Source of the DNA: an uncultured candidate division Zixibacteria bacterium
GTDB taxonomy: Bacteria > Zixibacteria > MSB-5A5 > UBA10806 > 4484-95
DNA: 64,000 bases
Assembly (NCBI GenBank): GCA_963668625.2
Contig: CAXXKA010000006.1
Span: forward strand, 672,001 to 736,000
Reading direction: 5' to 3'
A model generated the notes under the pieces. The model had not been told where the DNA came from. It did no database searches and saw nothing but the letters and a program-made list of their open reading frames with translations. Made by a program: the position numbers and the translations under genes. Of the stretch, positions 40,692 through 50,399 are shown one piece after another; position 1 is the first letter of the stretch, and each line of letters begins with the position of its first letter.

Positions 40692-41456
40692 GTGAATAGC
40701 TTTTTTAAGATGCTCGTTGAGCTCTACAGATATACTATATTTCTTGGCAAGATAGCGGCCTCGTTATTCACCCGGCCGTTTTATATAAAGGAGATTTTCG
40801 AGCAGCTGTACCAGTTAGGCTATAAATCGCTGCCTATCGTTACCCTGACGGCGTTTTTTACGGGAATGGTTATAGCGTTTCAAACCGGCACCGAGATGAG
40901 CCGTTTCGGCGCGAAAGCATACATCGGCTCTGTGGTGGGAATATCGCTGGTGCGAGAATTGGGGCCGGTACTGACAGCGCTGGTAGTTGCCGGACGAGTC
41001 GGGGCGGGTATCACGGCCGAACTGGGTTCGATGCAGGTCACCGATCAGGTAAATGCCATGCGAGCGATGGCCACCGATCCCTACAAAAAACTGGTGAATA
41101 CGCGTGTTGGCGCATTATTATTGATGCTACCGATACTGGTGGCCGTAGCCGATGTCCTCGGTATTATAGGTGGTGGTTTTATCGCGGTAACGAATCTGAA
41201 CGTAGGTTTGGAGATGTATCGTTCGACCATATTCGACTCGCTGCAAACAGCCGATTTGATATCAGGCTTAACTAAACCTGTCGTGTTTGCGTTTATCATT
41301 GGTACCGTTGGATGTTTCCTGGGGATAAACGCCTCGGGCGGAACCAAGGGCGTCGGTAATTCGACTACGTTATCGGTGGTGGTATCCTCGGTACTGATAT
41401 TCCTGTTCGATTTCATTCTGACAAAGCTATTTTTCATTCTGGAGGGGCCGATTTGA
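40692..41456 (+). CDS. mlaE: MlaE family ABC permease
   Basis: RELGPVLTAL..AGRVGAGITAELGSM.VTDQ, GGTKGVG. Confidence 0.95.
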   Translation: MNSFFKMLVELYRYTIFLGKIAASLFTRPFYIKEIFEQLYQLGYKSLPIVTLTAFFTGMVIAFQTGTEMSRFGAKAYIGSVVGISLVRELGPVLTALVVAGRVGAGITAELGSMQVTDQVNAMRAMATDPYKKLVNTRVGALLLMLPILVAVADVLGIIGGGFIAVTNLNVGLEMYRSTIFDSLQTADLISGLTKPVVFAFIIGTVGCFLGINASGGTKGVGNSTTLSVVVSSVLIFLFDFILTKLFFILEGPI

Positions 41457-42199
41457 TTAGGCTGGAGAATGTAAACCAGAAATTCGGCGAAAAGATAGTG
41501 CTCAGCGATCTCACTGCTGAATTCAGCAGCGGCGAGACGACTGTGGTACTGGGGCGTTCGGGCACGGGTAAAAGTGTCATGCTTAAAATAGTGTTGCGCC
41601 TGATGCCTATTGAGAGTGGCAGGATATATATCGATGAGATAGATACCACGGATTTCGGCGAACATGAGATGATGCCTTTTCGTAAGAATATGGGGATGCT
41701 CTTCCAGGGCTCGGCGCTGTTTGATTCGATGAATGTATACCAGAATGTAGCTTATTCTCTTCACGAACATACCCGGATGACCGAATCGGATATCCGGGAG
41801 AGGGTGAAAGAGAAGCTGAGTTTCGTGGAGATGGACGGAACCGAGGAATTATTACCCTCGGAGCTTTCCGGCGGAATGCAGAAAAGGATTGCATTAGCCC
41901 GCGCTCTGGCCAATAATCCCGATTATATCTTTTTCGATGAGCCGACCACTGGACTCGATCCCATTACGGCTCAAACGATTAACGAGTTGATAAAGAGAGT
42001 TAGCGATTATACCGATTCAACTGTAATAGTAGTAACGCATGATCTGGAAAGCGCTGCGTTTGTCGCTCAGAAAGTTATCCTTCTAAAAGAAGGCAAAGTG
42101 CATTTCGAGGGCGTTTACGATGATTTCCTCCATAGCGATGACGAGTTCGTGAGGCTGTTCAGATCAGGCGGGAAGGCAGATATCAAAAATGGCAAATAA
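41453..42199 (+). CDS. mlaF: MlaF family ABC ATPase
   Basis: GRSGTGKS, FQGSALFDSM, LSGGMQKR, DEPTTGLDP. Confidence 0.95.
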   Translation: MIRLENVNQKFGEKIVLSDLTAEFSSGETTVVLGRSGTGKSVMLKIVLRLMPIESGRIYIDEIDTTDFGEHEMMPFRKNMGMLFQGSALFDSMNVYQNVAYSLHEHTRMTESDIRERVKEKLSFVEMDGTEELLPSELSGGMQKRIALARALANNPDYIFFDEPTTGLDPITAQTINELIKRVSDYTDSTVIVVTHDLESAAFVAQKVILLKEGKVHFEGVYDDFLHSDDEFVRLFRSGGKADIKNGK

Positions 42200-43112
42200 T
42201 ACGAGGAAGGAAATACGGGTCGGGGCGATGATCGCTCTGGGGCTCGTTATCATATTCTCCGCGTTTTTTATAATCGGCGGCAAGGATGGTTTATTCTCCA
42301 AGCGCTACAAGCTATATGCTCGATTCGATAATATCCAGGGTCTGACTATCGGAGCGCCGGTAAGACTTGGCGGCTGGAAAGTCGGCACGGTCAATTCAAT
42401 CGAATTCACCGATGACGCCAAAGGCGAGGCTATCATCATAATGATGACTATCGATTACAAGAGCTTCATCAGAATTCGCGAGGACTCCCGCGCCAGACTT
42501 GGCAGCATGGGACTTCTGGGCGACAGGACATTGGATATATCACTCGGCTCGCCTGAATTTCGACCTCTGGCGCCGGGTGAGTTTATCCCGGTTCAGAGTG
42601 GTGATGTTATCAAAGATGTCGAAGCTATCGCTTCGAACGCCAAGGAGATCAGCCAGAAAATTAATGAGGGTGACGGAAGTTTTTCTAAGATAATCAATGA
42701 TCCCCGCTTATATACTAATATCGATTCGCTGCTTTTAATCTGGACCGATATCAGTAATAAAATCAACATGGGCGAGGGCAATGTCGCGAAACTGTTTAAC
42801 GACCCTAAACTATATAATAATGTTAACCTGTTCTTGAAAAAATCCAACGAGTTAATGGACAACGTAAACGCAGGGCAAGGAACATTAGGCAAGCTCGCCA
42901 CCGATGACAAGCTTTATACGCACACCGACAGCCTGTTAGCGCAGTTAAACACCACGCTGGAGAAGATCAACTCAGGCGAGGGTACCATGGGGCAGCTAAT
43001 GGTAAACCAGGATTTATACATGAAACTGGATAAAACCCTTGGCTCACTCGACAGCCTGCTGATCGATTTACGAGAAAATCCGGGCCGCTACGTGAAGCTG
43101 TCGCTGTTTTAA
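42189..43112 (+). CDS. mlaD: MlaD/MCE protein
   Basis: N-terminal TM helix, GLTIGAPVRLGG.KVG, GLLGD, repeated G.G...K..ND..LY helices. Confidence 0.92.
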   Translation: MANNTRKEIRVGAMIALGLVIIFSAFFIIGGKDGLFSKRYKLYARFDNIQGLTIGAPVRLGGWKVGTVNSIEFTDDAKGEAIIIMMTIDYKSFIRIREDSRARLGSMGLLGDRTLDISLGSPEFRPLAPGEFIPVQSGDVIKDVEAIASNAKEISQKINEGDGSFSKIINDPRLYTNIDSLLLIWTDISNKINMGEGNVAKLFNDPKLYNNVNLFLKKSNELMDNVNAGQGTLGKLATDDKLYTHTDSLLAQLNTTLEKINSGEGTMGQLMVNQDLYMKLDKTLGSLDSLLIDLRENPGRYVKLSLF

Positions 43113-43142
43113 GCTGATAACACCTCCTGGTTCCCAAGCTCC

Positions 43143-43178
43143 GGGTTTGTTGAAAAACTCACTGAGCAGGAAGGAATC
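43143..43178 (+). repeat. Second copy of the 37-bp repeat at 40318-40354
   Basis: gggtttgttgaaaa-actcactgagcaggaaggaatc vs gggattgttgaaaatactcactgagcaggaaggaatc (35/37). Confidence 0.9.
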
Positions 43179-43485
43179 ATAGCGAGGACCGGAGAGACAA
43201 AGCAATCTATCTATTAGCAGCACTGCCATTGATAATCTCCCGGTAATGTTGAAAGATTGCTTAGTCGCCTTTACGGGGCTTCTCTCAATGGCGTACGCTA
43301 TTTTGCGAGAATAGCCGGCGTATCCCCAACAATACTTTATTACCGTAAAATCAACACAATCAAAAATCATTTGACTGCCTTAAATATTATTCATAGTATA
43401 GTTATTCAAACAATCATATATTTAGATGTAAATGGGAAGTGAACTAGTTAAGGACATCAAATTCTTAATGAGTAGAGGTGGTTTC

Positions 43486-43977
43486 GTGAAAACTGATGAT
43501 AATTTACAACGTCTGCTTAATAATGTTTCCTCGGCCTCGATCCGTTTCCTGGCTTATGCCGATATCGCCGATGAAGAAGGGTACCATCAAATAGCTAAAC
43601 TATTCCGGGCGATGGCGGAGACACAGAAAGTATACGCCGTTAATGCGATGCGAATAATAGGGGAGATAGGCAAGACAGGTGATAATCTGGCTAATGCTAT
43701 TGATGAGAAAACATATGAATTAACCCAGCTATATCCGACATTTATCGAACAGGCCGACCGGGACGGCAATCCCCAGGCCGCGACCGCTTTAATGGCGGCG
43801 GTAAACACAACCAAAGGGCATGTCAAGGTGTTGAACACCGCCCTTGATAATCTAGGTCGGAACAAAGAATTCTCATACTGGGTATGTGGTATGTGTGGTA
43901 ATCTTGAATCGAGAGAAGAGCCGGCTTCCTGCAGGATTTGCGGGGCTGCCCGGGAGAAATTTATCTCGATAAAATAA
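43486..43977 (+). CDS. Rubrerythrin-family protein with degenerate diiron site
   Basis: ADEEGYHQIAKLFRAMAE, T.DNL..AI, LYP; C-terminal CGMCG...CRICGA; GTG start with GAGGTG SD. Confidence 0.85.
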   Translation: MKTDDNLQRLLNNVSSASIRFLAYADIADEEGYHQIAKLFRAMAETQKVYAVNAMRIIGEIGKTGDNLANAIDEKTYELTQLYPTFIEQADRDGNPQAATALMAAVNTTKGHVKVLNTALDNLGRNKEFSYWVCGMCGNLESREEPASCRICGAAREKFISIK

Positions 43978-44014
43978 ACAGCCTCGATTGATATCGGTTG
44001 GATAAGGAGTGTAG

Positions 44015-45451
44015 ATGAAACTTAAGCTAAAGTACGGAATTTCGGCAAAAGATGAGGATATCGTTGTTTTTTCTTATCAGGATAAGATAAACAATTTGAA
44101 GCCTGTTCTTCAAAAATATATCATAGCTTCGAATATTCTTACCCGTCTGGGATTTACCGGCAAACGAGATGATGTATTGGAACTTCACCCCACGGATTCT
44201 CACGGCAGTATCATATTCCTGGGATTAGGTGAAAAAGGTAAAAGTAACTCGGAAAACGCTCGCCGCGCCGGTGGCCTACTCGCCGGTATTACGGTTGCCC
44301 GATCGTTAAAGTCAGTCGCGCTGGTCGAGCTGCCCGATCAACAGGATAATCTGGCCGCGTTTGTCGAGGGCCTTATACTGGGCGGCTACGATTTCAATAC
44401 TTTCAAATCAGATAAAAAACCGGAGCCATCCTTAACCCTGGCTTTGAACGGCGAATATAAGAAATTGATATCCGAGATAGAAAAAGCTATGACAGTCGCC
44501 GAGGCTGCCTGCTACGCTCGTGATTTGATCAATACGCCGGCCAATTTCCTGACCCCAACCTCGTATGCGGCCAAAGTCAGAGCGCTGGGAAAGAAATATA
44601 AAATATCCACCAGGGTATATGGTAAAAACGAGATACAGAAATTGAAAATGGGCGCGATGCTGGCGGTAGCCGAGGGCTCGGATCAACAGCCCAAGTTAAT
44701 CACATTCACCTATAACGGTGGCAAAAAAGGCGAGGCGCCGATCGTACTGGTGGGCAAAGGAGTTACATTCGATACCGGAGGTATATCGTTGAAGCCTAAC
44801 TCCGGTATGCAGGATATGAAAAACGATATGGCCGGTTCGGCCACGGTTATTGCCCAGATGATCGTTTTAGGGACTCTAAAACCGAAAATCAACGTGGTGG
44901 GAATCGTTCCGGCGGTGGAGAACATGCCCTCCGGCCGAGCCTTGAAACCAACCGATATAATCACCGCCAGTGACGGCCAGACTATCGAGGTGTTGAATAC
45001 CGATGCCGAGGGCCGTCTTATTTTAGCCGATGGTTTATGTTACGCCCATAAATTCAAACCCAAAGCCATATTGGATATTGCTACCCTGACCGGCGCGGTA
45101 AGGTATGCTCTGGGGCACAATGCCGCCGGTATATTGGGTAAGGATGATAATTTAATCGAAAAATTATACTATATCGGACAGAAAACGGGCGAACGTGTCT
45201 GGCAATTGCCGTTGTGGGATGAATATTACGAACAGATAAAGTCCAATGTCGCGGATATGAAAAATGTCGGAGGACCTGCTGCCGGGACTATTACGGCAGC
45301 GGCGTTTTTGTCTAAATTCGTCAAGGATATTCCCTGGGCGCATATCGATATCGCGGCCATGGATAACCAGGAGGGTTCACACCCATACCAGCCGAAAGGT
45401 GCAACAGGTTACGGAGTGAGACTTCTGGCGGAATTCCTGATGGCGGACTAG
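44015..45451 (+). CDS. pepA: Leucyl aminopeptidase (M17)
   Basis: VGKGVTFDTGG, MKNDMAG, NTDAEGRL, DIATLTGA, WAHIDIA. Confidence 0.97.
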   Translation: MKLKLKYGISAKDEDIVVFSYQDKINNLKPVLQKYIIASNILTRLGFTGKRDDVLELHPTDSHGSIIFLGLGEKGKSNSENARRAGGLLAGITVARSLKSVALVELPDQQDNLAAFVEGLILGGYDFNTFKSDKKPEPSLTLALNGEYKKLISEIEKAMTVAEAACYARDLINTPANFLTPTSYAAKVRALGKKYKISTRVYGKNEIQKLKMGAMLAVAEGSDQQPKLITFTYNGGKKGEAPIVLVGKGVTFDTGGISLKPNSGMQDMKNDMAGSATVIAQMIVLGTLKPKINVVGIVPAVENMPSGRALKPTDIITASDGQTIEVLNTDAEGRLILADGLCYAHKFKPKAILDIATLTGAVRYALGHNAAGILGKDDNLIEKLYYIGQKTGERVWQLPLWDEYYEQIKSNVADMKNVGGPAAGTITAAAFLSKFVKDIPWAHIDIAAMDNQEGSHPYQPKGATGYGVRLLAEFLMAD

Positions 45452-45854
45452 ATTGAAGATTGATTCCCGAAACTTTCGTACTTCAGATACCGGGGAATGA
45501 ATCTAAAAAGCATATATCGAGGGGGAAGGTAACATTTCCTACCCTCTCGATAACCAAAGAGTTTGATTGCGCGAGGATAAATAATTAATTAATTAATACC
45601 CTCCGTTTTATAATTCAGAAGATATTTTCACCGGTTATTAAATCTATTTGTGAAACTAATAAGCAGCTCAATATAATTCCAGTTGTATTAAAGGGAAAAC
45701 CGTGTTAAAAAGTATGTAGTAATGTTTATCTTTTATGAAGATAATTTCTTGACATTGCCGACCATATATTATAGGAAAAAGAAATGTTTATTTGCGCGAA
45801 TTATTTCCGATATCTATAGAGAAAGGACAATAGAATTACGTCGGTAATAAAATA

Positions 45855-47063
45855 ATGATTTTTTTAACAGTGCTGATATCGCTGGCTGCATTCGCTGTAC
45901 TGGCGGTTGTATTATACCTGTATATTTTAGGGCTTAATGGCATTTTCGTATATCGTAACGCCCAATCACCCGTATCATGCGATAATAAAAAATTCCTGGT
46001 GTTCGTGCCTGCTCATGATGAAGCGGTGGTTATACGTCGAGCGGTCGAGTCGATCAGGAATACCGATTACGATCAGTCGCTGATTGATGTCTACGTTATT
46101 GCGGATAACTGCACCGATGCCACTCCCGAGATTGCGAGGGAGGCCGGGGCAGTGCCGTTGGAGAGGCATGATCTCGAGAAATTCGGTAAAGGCTACGCGA
46201 TCGAATGGGCGCTTTCTCAGATAGATATTGATAAGTATGACGCGGTCTCGGTCATTGATGCTGACAATGTTGTCGAGGCAAACTTTTTCAAAGTCAACGC
46301 CGGCTTGTTGGAAAGCGGCAAGGAAATAATCCAATCTTATTTCGGCTATTTCAATGTCGCAAAAACAACTTACTCGTATATTCTATATCTGGCTAACCTG
46401 ATAGAAAATATTTTACTGTACAACTCCAGATCCAGCCTGAACCTTCATGTGTTTTTACGCGGTTCGGGGATGGTTTTCAAAACCGAGGTACTTCATCAGG
46501 TACCCTGGCAGTCGAAATCGATCACCGAGGATGTCAACTATTCGATCGATTTGATCGCTAACGATAAAAAAATTCATTTCACGGCTCTAACCCGGGTCCG
46601 CGAGGAGGCGCTGAATTACATTAATCAGTCATTCAATCAGCGGCTGCGTTATAATACCGGTATCATAAACCTGATTAAGAATAATTGTTTTTCGCTATTC
46701 AAGCTCGGTTTGAAAAAGAAAGATATTCGACTACTCGAATCATCCGTTTCCTTTTTCCTCTTGAGTAAACCGATGCTTTTATTCCTGTCCGTCCTGACAT
46801 TGGCCGTAAACCTTCTGGTCGACGCCGGCGAGCTTATAACTATCATTTCGTTATTCAACATAGTGGCTATCTCCGTATATTTCGGCCTGGGTGTGTTTTT
46901 GAAACCGGAGAAAGGACCGCTGGTGAAAACAATACTGACCATGCCTTTCTATGGTTTATGGCTGATCATCATATACGTACTTTCCTCATTCGGATACAAA
47001 AAAGGCGTATGGGTGAGAACTCCCCGTATGCACGATACGAAGAAGCATCCCCCGATTTTATAA
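45855..47063 (+). CDS. Membrane GT2 glycosyltransferase (processive type)
   Basis: PAHDE, ADNCTD, DAD, TED, QRLRY; N- and C-terminal TM helices. Confidence 0.92.
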   Translation: MIFLTVLISLAAFAVLAVVLYLYILGLNGIFVYRNAQSPVSCDNKKFLVFVPAHDEAVVIRRAVESIRNTDYDQSLIDVYVIADNCTDATPEIAREAGAVPLERHDLEKFGKGYAIEWALSQIDIDKYDAVSVIDADNVVEANFFKVNAGLLESGKEIIQSYFGYFNVAKTTYSYILYLANLIENILLYNSRSSLNLHVFLRGSGMVFKTEVLHQVPWQSKSITEDVNYSIDLIANDKKIHFTALTRVREEALNYINQSFNQRLRYNTGIINLIKNNCFSLFKLGLKKKDIRLLESSVSFFLLSKPMLLFLSVLTLAVNLLVDAGELITIISLFNIVAISVYFGLGVFLKPEKGPLVKTILTMPFYGLWLIIIYVLSSFGYKKGVWVRTPRMHDTKKHPPIL

Positions 47064-47069
47064 TATCAT

Positions 47070-47783
47070 ATGAAATTATCTAAGAAAATATACCTCACTA
47101 TTGATGACGGACCGTCTCGATATACCGACGAAATAGTTGATTTTTTGAAAGATCGTAATATCCCAGCGATCATGTTTTTTCGAGGAGAAAATATCGCTGA
47201 AAATGAGAACGCCGCCTTATCGGCCATAAGAAACGGATATATCGCCGCCAATCACTCGTATAGTCATCGCTATTTCTCCTCGTTAAAATTAGAGCAGGCT
47301 TATAATGAAATCAGCGAATGCGAAAAACTGATAGAAACTTTATATAGCCGGGCCGGAATCGATAGGAAACTGAAGCTGTTTCGCTTTCCCTATGGCGATA
47401 AGGGCTACCCCTGGACCAGGCTAAATACGGCATTCAAGAAATTCAGCATTAAATACAGATATATTCAAGAGTTTCTTGATGATAACCGGTACGATAAAAT
47501 CGATATCGGAAACATCCAGGCGAATTTATATTATAAATGGCTTTTGGATGATATCGATGTGTTCTGGACTTTCGATACCAACGATTGGCAACTCGGCAAA
47601 ACCGATTTCGGCTACGCTCAACTAGATACCAACCTGGCACGACTTAAAGACCGCCCTAAAGATGATATCATACTCATGCACGACCGTGAGGATACCCCGG
47701 AGCATTTCTTCTATATCATCGAAAAATTAACCGATGAAGGATATCGTTTCGGATTGCCCGAAATCGATGGAAATATATTGTAG
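47070..47783 (+). CDS. Polysaccharide deacetylase (NodB/CE4)
   Basis: TIDDGP, HSYSH, FRFPYG, DTNDW, LMHD. Confidence 0.92.
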   Translation: MKLSKKIYLTIDDGPSRYTDEIVDFLKDRNIPAIMFFRGENIAENENAALSAIRNGYIAANHSYSHRYFSSLKLEQAYNEISECEKLIETLYSRAGIDRKLKLFRFPYGDKGYPWTRLNTAFKKFSIKYRYIQEFLDDNRYDKIDIGNIQANLYYKWLLDDIDVFWTFDTNDWQLGKTDFGYAQLDTNLARLKDRPKDDIILMHDREDTPEHFFYIIEKLTDEGYRFGLPEIDGNIL

Positions 47784-47894
47784 TTATTACGGACTACCAA
47801 ACGCGTTGCCTCATTGAAAAAGGTAACTTTTGGATTAAATACGTTGCCTCACATTTGATGTAACCATAACCAGCTTAAAATCTCTTTCAATTCT

Positions 47895-48179
47895 GTGCCG
47901 GAACGAGTGCTGGGTACCGATATTCCCAGTCCGGGGGAATTTCGCAAGTTAATGCTGGCAAGCGGTATCACCAACAACCCGCACTTAATCATCATGGATG
48001 AGCCGACGAACCATCTGGATTTGCCCTCGATTGAGTGCCTCGAGCGGGCGTTATCGGGCTGTACCTGCGGGCTGTTGCTAGTAAGCCACGATTACCGTTT
48101 CCTCGATTCGTCATGTCAGTCGTACAGGGAGATATCGGAGGTCGATGAAAGCAGGTTCGAGCTGAAAGTGATTGTATGA
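47895..48179 (+). pseudogene. 3' fragment of an ABC-F type ATPase
   Basis: SPGE..KL, IIMDEPTNHLD, LVSHD present; Walker A and the rest of the gene are absent. Confidence 0.8.
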
Positions 48180-48183
48180 TGCG

Positions 48184-48476
48184 TAGGGGCGTATCGAATA
48201 CGCCCCAGGCAGACTGTATGAGTTGCAGAATCAAGCATCATTACGCAATCAACCGAATCCACCTCAGACTTTCTCTTGTTACGACGCGCCGCTTCGTAAC
48301 GCTGTTAGATATTGGTAGTACAGTTTTATATTGTACAGTGTTATTCAACAAGGCTCCAAAGCAGCGCTTTGGAACCAGGGGGGATGATCCCAGCCGTTAG
48401 GGCGTATCGAATACGCCCCAGGCAGACTGTATGAGTTGCAGAATCAACATCATTACGCAATCAACCGAACCCACCT
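48184..48476 (+). repeat. Two ~80-bp direct repeats, each starting with a GTAG-type REP palindrome
   Basis: 48184-48264 and 48398-48476: tagg(g)gcgtatcgaatacgccccaggcagactgtatgagttgcagaatcaa(g)catcattacgcaatcaaccgaa(t/c)ccacct. Confidence 0.92.
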
Positions 48477-48597
48477 TAACCTTCCGGGCATGAGATGGAG
48501 CACCCTCTCCTCATCTGCCCCTCATTATATGTCAAAAACTATTTGCATTCCCCAAAATCAGAGCTTAAATTCTACCAGAACATAACGAGGGTCAACA

Positions 48598-49218
48598 ATG
48601 AGTATACACGCTTCAGTCATCGAGCAGAAAGATAAGAGCTATAATTTATTGCGCCTCGATTTAATGTCGGTAGTTGAGCTTTTTGGCAACGGAAATCATC
48701 TTAAAAATGAAAACAACCTCATTCAATCGTTGTGGACCACTTATCTTTTCGCTGTCATGATGAACAGCGCGAGCAATCCGGTTTGTGGTGTGGGATGTCC
48801 TTGCTGCAAGGATTTTAAAGGGGGAGAGGCCAGCCTCGGAATACTGGAGAACGCTTGCGTTAAATGTCCCGAGTTCGATACGGTTATGTTCAGTGATAGT
48901 AACGGCTGTGCTAATTATCACACGGTGCAAAACGTACGATACACCAGCCAGAAAAGCGCCGATACCCGGGCGTTATTCGATTTCCTGAAAAATAAACAGA
49001 TAGCTAATAGAGCCAAAGGGCATCACATGTATTTGCTGTTGAATATCGAGCAGAAGATCATATTCGACTATATGTATTTCAACGAGGTGATGTGCCATCT
49101 GGCGGTGCCGTTTTCCAGCATAACCGCGATAGGCCATCAGGGCAGGGATGAAAAATTCCGCTATGTGGGGATACAGATATATCCTGAGGTGGAGGGGCCG
49201 ATTAGGATAGAGTGTTAG
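48598..49218 (+). CDS. Hypothetical Cys-rich protein
   Basis: 206-aa ORF, GAGG SD; CGVGCPCC...CVKC; no recognised family. Confidence 0.7.
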   Translation: MSIHASVIEQKDKSYNLLRLDLMSVVELFGNGNHLKNENNLIQSLWTTYLFAVMMNSASNPVCGVGCPCCKDFKGGEASLGILENACVKCPEFDTVMFSDSNGCANYHTVQNVRYTSQKSADTRALFDFLKNKQIANRAKGHHMYLLLNIEQKIIFDYMYFNEVMCHLAVPFSSITAIGHQGRDEKFRYVGIQIYPEVEGPIRIEC

Positions 49219-49328
49219 AGGGGTAAAAAGCAAATAATATAATTAAGACTGGTCTTGCAAGTTGGTATTTATCATAGTATCCTAATGAAAGTATTCTATA
49301 TTAGCAGATAAAGGGAGGATGGAAAAGC

Positions 49329-50360
49329 GTGATAACCGAGGCGGAAAAAGACATTCATCTGAATATTGAATTAGAAACATCAGTTAAACTAATTAAACTT
49401 GGTTTTGGAGAGCTTCAAAATTTGAATGCTGCTAATGATTTCTATTTTTTACCTTTTCAACTACTATCAACTGGTTTCGAGAGATTAATGAAATGCCATG
49501 TATGCCTTGGATTTCACAATCAATGCGATAATTATCCTGATAGTGTTTATTTGAAAAAACTTGGACATGATATCATCAAGATAAAGAGCGAGATTATAGA
49601 TAAATATTTTAATCTTTATAACATTCCTGTATTACAAGATGATTATGATTTATTGAAAAATAATGAAGAATTGAATCGTTTACTATCTATACTTTCTGAA
49701 TTTGGAAAATATTCAAGATATTATAATTTGAACATAGTTGCAGGAGAAAATAACAGAACGGTTGATGTAATAGCACTTTGGGAAAAATATCAAATTGATA
49801 TTGTGTCTTCAGTACAAGAATTAAAGGATAAGTTATATAGTATTGAAGCTACAGATGAGATACTTAATTTTGTTAGTAGAAGAATTATTATTCAGCTAGA
49901 AATGTTTACGCGAGCTCTTAGTAGACAATTCACTTTGGGCAAGCTGGGCGAAAAAGCCAGGCAGTTTTCAACTGTTCTATATGAATTTATAGTAATGAAA
50001 AATGATGAACTTGGTAATAATAATTATAGAATTGATACTACCCGGTTTAAAGAAAAGGGCTTTTCTTCAAGAAAAAGGACTTCAAGTGATGATTACCAAA
50101 GAATGTATAATGATAATTTCGATCATATGCTAATAAAAAAAGATGAGTATTCTGGTGATTGGCCATTCTATGCAGATGAAGTGATAATAGAATGCCGTGA
50201 AAAAAATTGGTGCGTTGTTACAATAAACAATATTGATTATGCTCTAAATGGAGCTGCAAAGGGTAGATATAAATTAGAATTTCCTTATGAAGCAGGAATG
50301 GCCATAGTAGGTAAATCAATCGGTCCTTTTATTGATCTGGCTTTAGAATTAGGGGAATAG
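49329..50360 (+). CDS. HEPN-like N-terminal domain fused to YebY/DUF2511-like C-terminal domain
   Basis: GFERLMK...GHDI...SRY (HEPN-like); WPFYADEVIIEC...YALNGAA...SIGPFIDLALEL (YebY-like); visibly AT-rich; GGGAGG SD. Confidence 0.6.
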   Translation: MITEAEKDIHLNIELETSVKLIKLGFGELQNLNAANDFYFLPFQLLSTGFERLMKCHVCLGFHNQCDNYPDSVYLKKLGHDIIKIKSEIIDKYFNLYNIPVLQDDYDLLKNNEELNRLLSILSEFGKYSRYYNLNIVAGENNRTVDVIALWEKYQIDIVSSVQELKDKLYSIEATDEILNFVSRRIIIQLEMFTRALSRQFTLGKLGEKARQFSTVLYEFIVMKNDELGNNNYRIDTTRFKEKGFSSRKRTSSDDYQRMYNDNFDHMLIKKDEYSGDWPFYADEVIIECREKNWCVVTINNIDYALNGAAKGRYKLEFPYEAGMAIVGKSIGPFIDLALELGE

Positions 50361-50399
50361 TAAATAATACTTATCCTGAAGTGGAGCTGCTGATTGCCA

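Noticed and set aside
41081-41770. Long antisense ORFs (e.g. 229 aa here, 208 aa at 31703-32329, 176 aa at 15619-16149)
   Set aside because: Fully opposite well-conserved genes; explained by codon bias
42650-43030. Tandem G.G...K..ND..LY repeats in MlaD as a novelty
   Set aside because: A common feature of long MCE proteins
48184-48476. CRISPR array
   Set aside because: Only two copies, a repeat of ~80 bp and a 133-bp spacer, with no cas genes; REP-type duplication fits better
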